A DNA stretch of 64,000 bases from Candidatus Omnitrophota bacterium (GTDB lineage Bacteria; Omnitrophota; Gorgyraeia; Zapsychrales; Zapsychraceae): assembly GCA_015233115.1 (NCBI GenBank), contig JADFYJ010000006.1, positions 65,801 through 129,800 of the forward strand, read 5' to 3'. The notes under the pieces were generated by a model that saw only the letters and a list, made by a program, of their open reading frames with translations, was not told the origin of the DNA and ran no database searches. A program made the translations under genes and the position numbers. Below, piece after piece: positions 17,986 to 27,047 of the stretch. Position 1 is the first letter of the stretch. Each line of letters opens with the position of its first letter.

Positions 17986-18046
17986 TTCAGTGGCAGAATG
18001 TAAGCTTCCCAAGCTTAATATGCGGGTTCGATTCCCGTCCCTCGCT
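17976..18046 (+). tRNA. tRNA-Gly (anticodon CCC), CCA not encoded
   Basis: Acceptor stem GCGAGGG/CCCTCGC, D-arm ATTC/GAAT, anticodon arm TAAGC-TT-CCC-AA-GCTTA, T-arm GCGGG-TTCGATT-CCCGT. Confidence 0.93.
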
Positions 18047-18057
18047 CTGAAAAAATC

Positions 18058-18223
18058 GTATGTGGTATGGGGCATGTAGTATGTAGTAAAAAACGATTGT
18101 GTGAAATGAAAAGGATAGAGAATATAATCTAAATACTTAATGTTTTTTGGGGTGATTAATTTTAAATTCTTTATTTTTTTATCAGTTGATTTTACTACAT
18201 ACGACATACTACGTACTACATAC
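18058..18223. repeat. Inverted-microsatellite element, 7-nt GTATGT(A/G) type
   Basis: GTATGTG-GTATGGG-GCATGTA-GTATGTA-GTAAAAAACGATTG ... TACTACA-TACGACA-TACTACG-TACTACA-TAC. Confidence 0.9.
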
Positions 18224-18242
18224 TTAGGATGCGATAAATTTT

Positions 18243-18929
18243 ATGACTTTTAAAAAACTGACTTTACTGATTTTAGTCGCATCCTTAGGATTGTTGGCCG
18301 GATGCTCTACTGTTACTCCGACGGAAAATGGGGGGATGGCGAATTATCCGGAGCCGGAACGGCGCGGGGTGTATCATAAAATCCGGGGTAATGAAACGCT
18401 TTGGAATATTTCAAAAACTTATGGGGTGGCTTTAGAAGATATTATCCGGGTTAATAATATTCCAGATGTGGCGAAGCTGGAAAAAGATCAGTTGCTTTTT
18501 ATACCAGGTGCAGATACAGTAAAAGAAATTGTTCCTCAAGTATCGTCCAAAGATAAAGAGTCAGGGGATTTTTCCTGGCCGGTTAATGGAAAAGTGACAG
18601 GATATTTTGGGAACCGGCGGCAGTATTTGGCGAACAAAGGGATTGATATTCAAGTTCCCGGAGGCACCAGGGTCAGGGCCGCACGTTCTGGGAAAGTTGT
18701 TTTAGCTGGTTATTTGCCGGGTTATGGTAATTCATTGATTCTTGATCACGGCGACGGATATCGGACAGTTTACGCGAACAATGCGCAGTTGAAAGTCCGG
18801 TTGAATGATCGAGTGGCTAAAGGACAAGAAATAGCGGTGGTAGGGGGGGACAGCGGTAAAGGGTCGTATTTGCATTTTCAGATACGAAAAGGTTCGATTG
18901 AGCATAATCCGTTATTTTATTTGCCATAG
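18243..18929 (+). CDS. LysM + M23 peptidase-domain lipoprotein (NlpD-like)
   Basis: Lipobox LLAGC; LysM ETLWNISKTYGV; NKGIDI, YGNSLILDH and LHFQIR (M23, partly degenerate). Confidence 0.88.
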   Translation: MTFKKLTLLILVASLGLLAGCSTVTPTENGGMANYPEPERRGVYHKIRGNETLWNISKTYGVALEDIIRVNNIPDVAKLEKDQLLFIPGADTVKEIVPQVSSKDKESGDFSWPVNGKVTGYFGNRRQYLANKGIDIQVPGGTRVRAARSGKVVLAGYLPGYGNSLILDHGDGYRTVYANNAQLKVRLNDRVAKGQEIAVVGGDSGKGSYLHFQIRKGSIEHNPLFYLP

Positions 18930-18970
18930 GGATTGATGCCTGCGTCCCCGAAGTGCAATTAGGTTTTTTT

Positions 18971-20602
18971 ATGACTATTGATAATGACCAAAATTTTTTT
19001 GGCCGTCGAGAGGCCATAGATTTATTACGTAAAAGGATTAGCGATTGTAAAGAAGGCTGCCGGCAGAATGTCGCCCTTCTAGGCGCTCCTTTTGTAGGTA
19101 AAAGTTCACTTCTGCAATATTTATACCACAATTCCGACGACACGAGTGTAGTAACCGTCTATTTAGACTTGGAAAATAAAGATTTTTCTTATTTCTGCAT
19201 TAAATTCATCACCTGTCTTCTTTATGATTTTGGCCGGATTAAAAATATCCCTTTGCACGACGATATTTCGCTTTTGATGGAAAGCCTGAAGAAAACGATT
19301 CCGCATTCTATTGAATTGATCCGGGGTATTCAGAAAAATCTTACCGACGGAAAATGGAATGACTGTTATTTGGGTTTATTGATGCTCATTGAGGTGTTCA
19401 CCGCGGAAGCCAATAAATGTTGTGTGCTGATGATCGATGAGTTTCAAGTGATTGATAGTTTTGGTCTGCCCCACGCGTTTCAGGTTTTGGGGAAAAAGAT
19501 TATGACTCAGAAAAAATGTTTGTATATTATCGCGAGCTCTCATCCGACGCAGGCGCGCGAGATCCTGGGTGAAAAACTTTCCTTATTGTTTGGGAGTTTT
19601 GAGGAGGTGGAAATATTTCCATTAGATCCACAAGTGAGTCAGGATTTTATAGGTTTTCATTTAAAAGATTTGCGGATTAGTGAGCTTTTAAAAAGTTTTT
19701 TAGCGGATTTTTGTGGCGGGTATCCATTATATTTAAATCTGATTTGTCAGGAATTGATCAATTTAAGCGCCGTCCTCTCTCAATCTGAAGTGTACTTGCC
19801 GATTTTGACCCAGGCGGTCGAAGATACTATTTTCAACCGTTGGGGGGTCATCAGCCGGCATTTTGAGCTGATAATTAATGAGCTCTGCCATGATAAGCAC
19901 CGTCCAATGATGTCGTCGGTTTTGATGGTAATCGCCAATGGCAAAAGTAAGTTTCAGGATATTGTGGATGAAACCGGGTTTTCAAAATCGCAGGTGAATC
20001 TTAAAATCAACCGGCTTTTAGAACAGGGAGTGGTGCGCAAGAACGGTAATTATTATTATTTTCAGGATAAACTTTTTAAATATTGGGTTAAATATGTGTT
20101 TCAGCGCCGGTTAAAAGATGTGGTGGTTTTTCCTGAGAAACAACGGCTTTCATTTAACGCGGAATTTTACGCCATATTCGATAATTTTAAACTTTGCGCT
20201 CAAAAAACTTTACCGGATCGGATTGTGGATTTGTTGATGTGTTTTGATAATGAATCATTTGATCTGAATGGACGCAAGTATAAATTGCCGGTATTTTCCG
20301 AAGTTGAAATCGTGCAATTAGAGAGCAAAACCGGAGGAGTATTTGACGCGATTATGGCCAAAACTGCGGAACAGAGTTGGTTTATTATCACCAAAAAAGA
20401 ACATCTGGCGGAAAGTGATGTTTCGGAAATCCTTTTAGCTTCTCAAAAGATTCCGCGGCCGGAACGATGCGTTATTATTTCATTGGCGCATATTGAAGAT
20501 AATGTCCGTATCCGCGCCCTGCAAGAACATTTTTGGGTTTGGAATGAATGTGAACTGAATATTTTATTAGCCTTATTTGACAAACCATTGATATCGATAT
20601 GA
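18971..20602 (+). CDS. P-loop ATPase (archaeal-ATPase/STAND-like) with winged helix and C-terminal domain
   Basis: FFGRRE, GAPFVGKSS Walker A, LMIDEFQ Walker B, GGYPLYL and a wHTH-like region ending FQDKLFKYW. Confidence 0.7.
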   Translation: MTIDNDQNFFGRREAIDLLRKRISDCKEGCRQNVALLGAPFVGKSSLLQYLYHNSDDTSVVTVYLDLENKDFSYFCIKFITCLLYDFGRIKNIPLHDDISLLMESLKKTIPHSIELIRGIQKNLTDGKWNDCYLGLLMLIEVFTAEANKCCVLMIDEFQVIDSFGLPHAFQVLGKKIMTQKKCLYIIASSHPTQAREILGEKLSLLFGSFEEVEIFPLDPQVSQDFIGFHLKDLRISELLKSFLADFCGGYPLYLNLICQELINLSAVLSQSEVYLPILTQAVEDTIFNRWGVISRHFELIINELCHDKHRPMMSSVLMVIANGKSKFQDIVDETGFSKSQVNLKINRLLEQGVVRKNGNYYYFQDKLFKYWVKYVFQRRLKDVVVFPEKQRLSFNAEFYAIFDNFKLCAQKTLPDRIVDLLMCFDNESFDLNGRKYKLPVFSEVEIVQLESKTGGVFDAIMAKTAEQSWFIITKKEHLAESDVSEILLASQKIPRPERCVIISLAHIEDNVRIRALQEHFWVWNECELNILLALFDKPLISI

Positions 20603-21081
20603 GAATCGGTGTTTTATCGGATACCCATTCAAAAATTTTACCTTCCGTGATGATTGAAGATTTCAAAACAGTTGATCTCATCATCCACGCGGGTGACATC
20701 TGCACTTTAGATGATTTAAAAGTCCTTCAGCCTTTGGCGAAATTAGAAGGAGTTCAGGGCAACATGGATGATGCTGGGGTCAAGAATATGTTCCCCCGGA
20801 AAAAGATATTGCGCTGCGGTAAAAAATTAATTGGCGTGTATCATGGCGAAGGCCCGTCGAAACGTGTTTTGGATTTTGTTAAAAAAGAATTCGCTGATGA
20901 CAAGGTGGATGTGGTGGTGTTTGGCCACTCTCATTGCCCGTGTCAGGAAAAAATTAATGGAGTTTTGTATTTTAACCCGGGCAGTCCGACGGATCAAGTT
21001 TGCGCGCCATATTGTTCATATGGAATATTAGATATTGAAGATGATCAGGTGACAGGGAGGATCATAAAAATTGAAGAGTGA
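20599..21081 (+). CDS. Metallophosphoesterase (YfcE/MJ0936 family)
   Basis: SDTH, HAGD, GNMD, HG, FGHSH and NPGS motifs. Confidence 0.9.
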   Translation: MRIGVLSDTHSKILPSVMIEDFKTVDLIIHAGDICTLDDLKVLQPLAKLEGVQGNMDDAGVKNMFPRKKILRCGKKLIGVYHGEGPSKRVLDFVKKEFADDKVDVVVFGHSHCPCQEKINGVLYFNPGSPTDQVCAPYCSYGILDIEDDQVTGRIIKIEE

Positions 21082-21580
21082 AAATCAAAGATTATGGGCG
21101 CCTTGGCGGGATAAATATATCACACAGGATATTAAAAATAATAAAGAATGTGTATTCTGCCGGATGCTTAAACAGAAAAAAGATAAACAAAATTTTATTG
21201 TGATGAGAGGCGAGGCATGTTTTGCGGTATTGAATTTATATCCGTATAACAACGGCCATCTTTTGATTATGCCGATCCGTCATGTGAGCGAGCTGGAAAA
21301 AATGACTCCGGCGGAAAAAAAAGAACTTTTTGGTTTAGTAGAGCGGTTTAAATTAATTCTCGATGAGGTTTTAGAGCCGGCAGGTTATAATATCGGGATC
21401 AATTTGGGGCATGTGGCCGGTGCCGGGGTTCCGGGTCATTTGCATGTTCATATTGTTCCGCGCTGGTGCGGCGATGTTAATTTTATGCCGGTGATTACCG
21501 GTACCAAAGTTATATCTCAATCATTAATAACCTTACACAAAATGCTAAGCGATGCGTACCAGAGAAGAAATAGAAAGTAA
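21071..21580 (+). CDS. HIT family hydrolase (Ap4A phosphorylase-like)
   Basis: LWAPWR, CVFC, NLYPYNNGH and HLHVHIVPRW motifs. Confidence 0.9.
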   Translation: MKSENQRLWAPWRDKYITQDIKNNKECVFCRMLKQKKDKQNFIVMRGEACFAVLNLYPYNNGHLLIMPIRHVSELEKMTPAEKKELFGLVERFKLILDEVLEPAGYNIGINLGHVAGAGVPGHLHVHIVPRWCGDVNFMPVITGTKVISQSLITLHKMLSDAYQRRNRK

Positions 21581-22730
21581 TGAAAATAAAGTTTTAGCTC
21601 CTTACGCCATGCATAGCCGGGACTGCGTTGGCCGCGAATTTGCGGAACCGCTTAGCAGCAACCGGACGTGTTATCAGCGTGATCGGGATCGAATTGTGCA
21701 TTCGGAGGCGTTTAGGAAACTCGAATATAAGACGCAGGTTTTTGTTATATTCGAGGGAGATTATTACCGCACCCGTCTGACGCATACGATCGAAGTGGCG
21801 CAGATCGCGCGTACCATTGGGCGTAATCTAGGGCTTAACGAAGATTTAATCGAGGCGATCGCGTTGGCGCATGACTTGGGCCATTCACCATTTGGCCATG
21901 CCGGCGAAACCGCGCTTAACGATATCATGAAAGAAGTGGGCTTAGGCTTTGACCATAATTTCCGTAGTTTTGAAATTGTGACCCGTCTGGAAAAAAGGTA
22001 TCCTCAATTTGACGGACTTAATTTGACGGAAGACGTTCTGGTGGGAATATTGAAGCATGAGACAGATTACGATCACCACGGCCCAACCGGCCGCTTTAAA
22101 GATAAAGGCCCGACTTTGGAAGCTAAGGTCGTGGATATCGCGGATTCTTTAGCGTATTTATCGCATGATATTGACGATGGAATAACGTCAGGATGTATAA
22201 CGCCGGAAGATTTGAAAGAAAGTATTTTGTGGCAGGAGGCTTGCCGCAGTCTGCCAGTGACGGTGGGGCAGGACAATAAAGAAATGTTTAAATATCAAAT
22301 CGTGCGGGCCTTGATTGACCGCCAGGTTAGCGATTTGTTGAACGCGTCAGAAAAAAAACTTATCCAATTAAATTTTCTTTCTTCGCAAGACATAAAAGAC
22401 TATAATTTGAAATATATAGATAATCCGGTGATTAATTTTAGCGACGGGATAAAAACCCAGCGTGATTATTTACAGAAATTAGTTGAGGAAAAATTTTATT
22501 TTCATTATCGTATCTTAGGTATGACAGCGCAGGCCCAGCGGGTTATCCAGACATTGTTTGAAACGTATTTAAATAATCCTAAACAATTGCCGTATAGCAT
22601 TTACCCGCGGGATAAAAAATTCGACAAAAAAGAGAAGCACGAAATCATTTGCAATTATATTGCCTCCATGACGGATAGAATGGCGTTAAATGAGTATAGA
22701 AAAATCTTCGAGCCATATCAAAAGATATAA
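21552..22730 (+). CDS. dgt: Deoxyguanosinetriphosphate triphosphohydrolase
   Basis: RDRDRIVHS, KTQVF, RTRLTH, HDLGHSPFGHAGE and YIASMTD motifs. Confidence 0.92.
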   Translation: MRTREEIESNENKVLAPYAMHSRDCVGREFAEPLSSNRTCYQRDRDRIVHSEAFRKLEYKTQVFVIFEGDYYRTRLTHTIEVAQIARTIGRNLGLNEDLIEAIALAHDLGHSPFGHAGETALNDIMKEVGLGFDHNFRSFEIVTRLEKRYPQFDGLNLTEDVLVGILKHETDYDHHGPTGRFKDKGPTLEAKVVDIADSLAYLSHDIDDGITSGCITPEDLKESILWQEACRSLPVTVGQDNKEMFKYQIVRALIDRQVSDLLNASEKKLIQLNFLSSQDIKDYNLKYIDNPVINFSDGIKTQRDYLQKLVEEKFYFHYRILGMTAQAQRVIQTLFETYLNNPKQLPYSIYPRDKKFDKKEKHEIICNYIASMTDRMALNEYRKIFEPYQKI

Positions 22731-23760
22731 ACGGTTATTGTCAGCCGTGCATATGGTTTACCGACTGGTCAATTCGACCTACAATTTGCGTGAGCTGACG
22801 CTGCGGCTGACGCGTCTGTTATGCCAATTTATTGATTCTAGCTACGCGTCCGTGCATATCTTAAATCGCGAGAACAATAAAGTTGAGCTGATCGCTGTTT
22901 TTAACAATAAAATTAATATTCTTCTTACCAAGAAAAAAGAACTGCAGCAAATAACCGCTAAAGAAAAAAAGATTTCGAAAGGGTTTGTAGTTTTTGAAGA
23001 ACATTTTATCGGTCTACCTCTGGTTGCCGACGACAATATTGGCGCTATTTTTGTTAAACGGGAAAAAAATAAACCGGCTTTTACCGAAGCGGACTGGGAA
23101 ATGCTGAAGGTCGTGGCGGAGCAATCTGTAACCGCGATCCGTAATATTCAGCTCAGCGAGCAGCAGCAAAAAATTATTTTAAGCAGTGTGAAATTTATTG
23201 GACAGCTTTTGGAGCGGCATGGACATTCCTTTGCCACGCCGCATACCCCGGCGTATTTTAAGATCGTCGAGGCTTTGGCTAAAAAATTAAATGTCGGGCA
23301 GGAAGGGCTGGATGCCTTGTTTTACGCGAGTGTGCTGCGTGACGCGGGGGCGGTGGATGTCCCTTATGAAATTTTATCCAAACGCAGTCAATTGACGCCG
23401 CAGGAATTTAAAGTTATTCAGGAACAGCCAACGAAATGCGCGGAGCTGATTCGGCCCGTCGAATTTTTAAAACCGGTTTTGCCGATTATTCTTTACCGTC
23501 ATGAAAAGTATGATGGTTCAGGTTATCCGTCGGGGTTAAAAAAAGAACAGATCCCGCTCGGAGCCAGTGTCATGGCGGTCGTGGACGCGTTTGAAGCGAT
23601 GACGACGGAACGGCCATATAAAAAGTCTTTGTCCGTCGATTCAGCTATCGCGGAATTGAAAACTCATAGCGGCACGCAATTTAATCCGGATGTGGTCAAC
23701 GCATTCATAGATTTAGCTCAACAAAAAAAAATAAAAAATTACTTGAGTTTTAGAGAGTAA
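22690..23760 (+). CDS. GAF + degenerate HD-GYP domain protein
   Basis: HEKYDGSGYP and VDAFEAMTTERPY present, but the HD dyad reads LRDAG. Confidence 0.8.
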   Translation: MSIEKSSSHIKRYKRLLSAVHMVYRLVNSTYNLRELTLRLTRLLCQFIDSSYASVHILNRENNKVELIAVFNNKINILLTKKKELQQITAKEKKISKGFVVFEEHFIGLPLVADDNIGAIFVKREKNKPAFTEADWEMLKVVAEQSVTAIRNIQLSEQQQKIILSSVKFIGQLLERHGHSFATPHTPAYFKIVEALAKKLNVGQEGLDALFYASVLRDAGAVDVPYEILSKRSQLTPQEFKVIQEQPTKCAELIRPVEFLKPVLPIILYRHEKYDGSGYPSGLKKEQIPLGASVMAVVDAFEAMTTERPYKKSLSVDSAIAELKTHSGTQFNPDVVNAFIDLAQQKKIKNYLSFRE

Positions 23761-23790
23761 AACAAATATAATGATCTCTGGGGGGAGAAC

Positions 23791-24387
23791 ATGGGATACG
23801 AATCGCAATTCGAATTGTTTCCAGATTCGGCGAAACAGGCTAGCCAATCTGTCGAAACTCGCTATCAATTAAAAAGCTTGACAGTAACCGCGGAAAACAT
23901 TATTGTCTTATGCATTATTTTCGTGGTTACAGGTGTGATCTGTTTTTCGGTAGGAGTTGAACGCGGAAAGAACGTGGCGGTACAAGATTTTGTTTCCGGG
24001 TCTTCACCTAAGGAAACAGCTTTACCGGTGGTTCCAAAACCGATTTCCGCTAATGCTGAAAATTTAGAGCTTTTGGCTGCCAGTCGCGGCCCGGTTGATT
24101 CATCGCAGTCGAGAGTCAAGACGGATAAGCCGCAAGGGCCTATGCGGCTCGCGGAAGTGAACACGGAAAACGTTTATACGGTTCAGGTTGCTTCGTATCA
24201 ACAGGGAGGAATGGCTCAAAAAGCCGCTTCCAACTTGAAAGGCGCGACCGGCCAAGAAACTTTTGTGATGAACAAGGGTAAGCACGTGATCGTGTGCGTT
24301 GGTAAGTTCGATGGAAAACAGGCGGCTTTGCAGTTTACTTCAAAATTAAAAAAGAAATACAAAGATTGTTTAGTAAGGAGAATTTAG
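23791..24387 (+). CDS. Membrane-anchored SPOR domain protein
   Basis: One TM helix ending GVERGK; C-terminal YTVQVASY...VCVGKF SPOR pattern. Confidence 0.75.
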   Translation: MGYESQFELFPDSAKQASQSVETRYQLKSLTVTAENIIVLCIIFVVTGVICFSVGVERGKNVAVQDFVSGSSPKETALPVVPKPISANAENLELLAASRGPVDSSQSRVKTDKPQGPMRLAEVNTENVYTVQVASYQQGGMAQKAASNLKGATGQETFVMNKGKHVIVCVGKFDGKQAALQFTSKLKKKYKDCLVRRI

Positions 24388-24390
24388 AAA

Positions 24391-24624
24391 ATGTCGTTAC
24401 ACCCCTCATTAAGAGTATCATTGGCAGGATCTGAGCAGCGTTCGGTTATGACCCGTATTGAACGCATCAAAGATATGATGAAAAAAGGTTCTTGGGTTGA
24501 AGGTCAGGATGTGACTGCTCTGCCTAAGACAAAAAGTATACGGGTAAAAGCTAGACGTAAAGCGGCTAAAGCTCCGGAAGAAGCAGACAAGAAAGACGAA
24601 AAGAAACCAGCGGCTAAAAAGTAG
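24391..24624 (+). CDS. PVC-type small basic protein
   Basis: MSLHPSL...RSVMTRIERI...W...LPK followed by a Lys-rich tail. Confidence 0.8.
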   Translation: MSLHPSLRVSLAGSEQRSVMTRIERIKDMMKKGSWVEGQDVTALPKTKSIRVKARRKAAKAPEEADKKDEKKPAAKK

Positions 24625-24641
24625 TTTTCTGATTTGTCTTC

Positions 24642-25472
24642 ATGAGTATGTCTTTAAAAAAAATAGTTATATTTTCTTTTTGGTGCGTTTTCGCACTCAC
24701 TTCACTCATGTCAAATGTGGTCTCTGCCGAAGAACAGTTTCCCTTCGTTGCAGAGGCCGTTTCTGACAATACCCATATTCGGGCCGGTCAAAGCTCAGAT
24801 TTCGAATCCCTCTATCAAGCCAATCATAACACTCAGTTTGTCGTGGTCGGAAAATTATACTCTTGGTACAAGGTTGAATTGCCTGCGGATGCGGTTTCAT
24901 TCATTGCGGTGAAGTATGTCCTACCTGGCGCGGATAATAAGGAAGGTCTGGTTCTGGGAGATAAGGTGAATGTCCGTGCCAAAGCGGATATTAATGGAAC
25001 AGCGGTAGGGAAAGTCGTAAAAGGGGACACAATATCTATTATAGAAAAGAAGGATGAATGGTATAAAATTCGTTCGGTTCCTAATAGCTTTGGGTGGGTC
25101 AAAATAGATTCAGTAAAGTTTGTCAACCAGGATGTGGAAAGTTTTAAACAATCCGTACAATTAGCTTTAATAAAACCAACCCAAGAGGTTATCCCTGCGT
25201 TTTGTCCTATTCCTGCTAAATCTAATTCTGCTCCGGAGCAAATTAATAAATTGAGTTTTATAGGTATCCTTGAGCCGGTGAAAGACATATCGCTGGAAAA
25301 TGTTAAATACCAGGTGACAGATAATGGCCAGGTTGCTTGTTATATTTTTGGGTTGAATGAATTACTGCCTAAATTCGCGAATTTTACAGTTAAGGTCGAA
25401 GGGACGGCAATGGAAAAATATACCGCTTCAGCTCCTGTCCTGGAATTAGATACCATCAAATTACAATTGTAA
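24642..25472 (+). CDS. Exported protein with two bacterial SH3 domains
   Basis: HIRAG...WYKV and VNVRAKA...WYKI...GWV motifs. Confidence 0.75.
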   Translation: MSMSLKKIVIFSFWCVFALTSLMSNVVSAEEQFPFVAEAVSDNTHIRAGQSSDFESLYQANHNTQFVVVGKLYSWYKVELPADAVSFIAVKYVLPGADNKEGLVLGDKVNVRAKADINGTAVGKVVKGDTISIIEKKDEWYKIRSVPNSFGWVKIDSVKFVNQDVESFKQSVQLALIKPTQEVIPAFCPIPAKSNSAPEQINKLSFIGILEPVKDISLENVKYQVTDNGQVACYIFGLNELLPKFANFTVKVEGTAMEKYTASAPVLELDTIKLQL

Positions 25473-25479
25473 TAAAAAA

Positions 25480-25694
25480 GTATGTGGTATGTGGTATGTC
25501 GTATGTGGTGAAAAAAGCGATTTGTGAAAAGTATTAATGGTGATTACTAGCAGGAAAAATTTTGGATGTTTATATTAAATAATATATTTTAGTAGATGTT
25601 TATTTTTTAGGTTTTTTTTTAATTTATTTTTTTATTGGTCATTTGCTTATCGGTTTTTGTTTTTGCTACATACGACATACCATATACCACATAC
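25480..25694. repeat. Inverted-microsatellite element, GTATGT type
   Basis: GTATGTG-GTATGTG-GTATGTC-GTATGTG-GTGAAAAAAGCGATT ... TGCTACA-TACGACA-TACCATA-TACCACA-TAC. Confidence 0.9.
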
Positions 25695-25710
25695 GTTACC
25701 AGGATTACTT

Positions 25711-26334
25711 ATGTTATTAGAACTTTTTTCCGTCATTATTATGTTTTTTTGTTCTATGGTTATTCACGAATATGCCCATGGGTGGGTGGCGTGTCGTTTG
25801 GGTGACCCTACGGCAAAAGAAGCAGGACGGTTGACTTTGAATCCATTGAAACATATTGATCCTCTTGGCACGATTATATTACCGGGAGTGTTAATGCTTT
25901 TAAATTATTTAGGTATGAATCTTTTTGTCTTTGGTTGGGCGAAGCCTGTACCTGTGAACTTTTTTCGCCTGAACAATCCTAGACGGGATATTATTTGGGT
26001 GGGGTTAGCTGGTCCGGTAGCTAATGTCATGTTCGCGGCTGGTTTATTAGCGATACGCAAGTTTTTTCCTATGGGAATGGCGCAGGATGGATTGGGTATT
26101 TTTGTGATTATTAATTTAGGGTTCGCGGCATTTAATATGGTTCCAATTCCACCTTTAGACGGTTCCCGCGTGGTTTTGGGTTTATTGCCTAAAGCCATAG
26201 CGCTTCAGTATGCACGGCTTGAACGTTATGGAATTATTATTATAATTATCTTGTTGTATCTGGGACTCATGAATCGCATTGTGTGGCCGTTTGTCGAATT
26301 ATTAGCTAAAATTCTTAATGTGAATTTAACTTGA
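25711..26334 (+). CDS. Site-2 protease (M50) family protein
   Basis: HEYAH, GDPTA, LAGP and FNMVPIPPLDGS motifs; start moved to ATG 25711 because the track's N-terminus is repeat-derived. Confidence 0.9.
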   Translation: MLLELFSVIIMFFCSMVIHEYAHGWVACRLGDPTAKEAGRLTLNPLKHIDPLGTIILPGVLMLLNYLGMNLFVFGWAKPVPVNFFRLNNPRRDIIWVGLAGPVANVMFAAGLLAIRKFFPMGMAQDGLGIFVIINLGFAAFNMVPIPPLDGSRVVLGLLPKAIALQYARLERYGIIIIIILLYLGLMNRIVWPFVELLAKILNVNLT

Positions 26335-26414
26335 AATTTGTTTTAAATGGATTATAAATTATAATTGAAATTATAATTTATACGGTGTATACTTTGTTTA
26401 AGGAGGGAATAGTT

Positions 26415-26645
26415 ATGTCGCAAGTGACAATATATTTACAAGATAATTTAATTTCTAAACTGAAAAAAAGAGCTCAACTAAAAAAAGAATCGTTATCAAA
26501 ATATATTACCAGTATTTTAGAAAAAAAAGAAATTGACGAATGGCCGGAAAAATATTTATCTTTATGCGGGAGTATCAAAGAGGATAACTTTGTCCGGGCT
26601 CATCAAGGCTCTTATGAACAGGATGTTACAAGGAAAGAAATGTGA
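26415..26645 (+). CDS. Ribbon-helix-helix antitoxin (VapB-like)
   Basis: MSQVTIYL...SLSKYI...EWPE; AGGAGG RBS; overlaps the PIN gene. Confidence 0.75.
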   Translation: MSQVTIYLQDNLISKLKKRAQLKKESLSKYITSILEKKEIDEWPEKYLSLCGSIKEDNFVRAHQGSYEQDVTRKEM

Positions 26646-27040
26646 TTTTTTTCCTGGATACAAATATTTGTATTGATTTTTTAAAAGGGCATAAAGATGT
26701 TATTGAACATTTAATAAAGTATTATCATCCGAGTCAAATAAAAATATCCACTATTGTCCGCGCGGAATTGATTCATGGAGCATTTAAGAGCCAAAATAGT
26801 CATAAAAATTTAGAAAAGGTTAATTCTTTTTTAGAGCCCTTTGAAGTTGTTTCTTTTGATATAAAAGCATCAAATATTTACGGCCAAATTAGAGCGGAAT
26901 TAGAAAAAAGAGGAGAGATCATTGGGCCTATGGATTTATTAATTGCGGCTACAGTAATTAGCCATGAAGGTGTTTTGATAACTGAAAACAAAAAAGAATT
27001 TTTAAGGATTGAACAGTTAAAAATTTTTACGTCAATTTAG
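26642..27040 (+). CDS. VapC/PIN domain toxin
   Basis: LDTNICI, ELIHGA, GPMDLLIAA and TENKKEF motifs. Confidence 0.9.
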   Translation: MIFFLDTNICIDFLKGHKDVIEHLIKYYHPSQIKISTIVRAELIHGAFKSQNSHKNLEKVNSFLEPFEVVSFDIKASNIYGQIRAELEKRGEIIGPMDLLIAATVISHEGVLITENKKEFLRIEQLKIFTSI

Positions 27041-27047
27041 GATCATA

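Noticed and set aside
18047-18242. Prophage or genomic island integrated at tRNA-Gly
   Set aside because: No integrase and no duplicated tRNA 3' end in the window; downstream genes are ordinary.
25657-25710. N-terminal extensions in the ORF track (25657 MFLLHTTYHIPHT, 32704 MRFDFVTLLQGYFVTL, 39899 MVSDLDLTPF, 9644 MSPEY)
   Set aside because: They are read-through translations of repeat arms or sites; better ATGs with RBS lie downstream.
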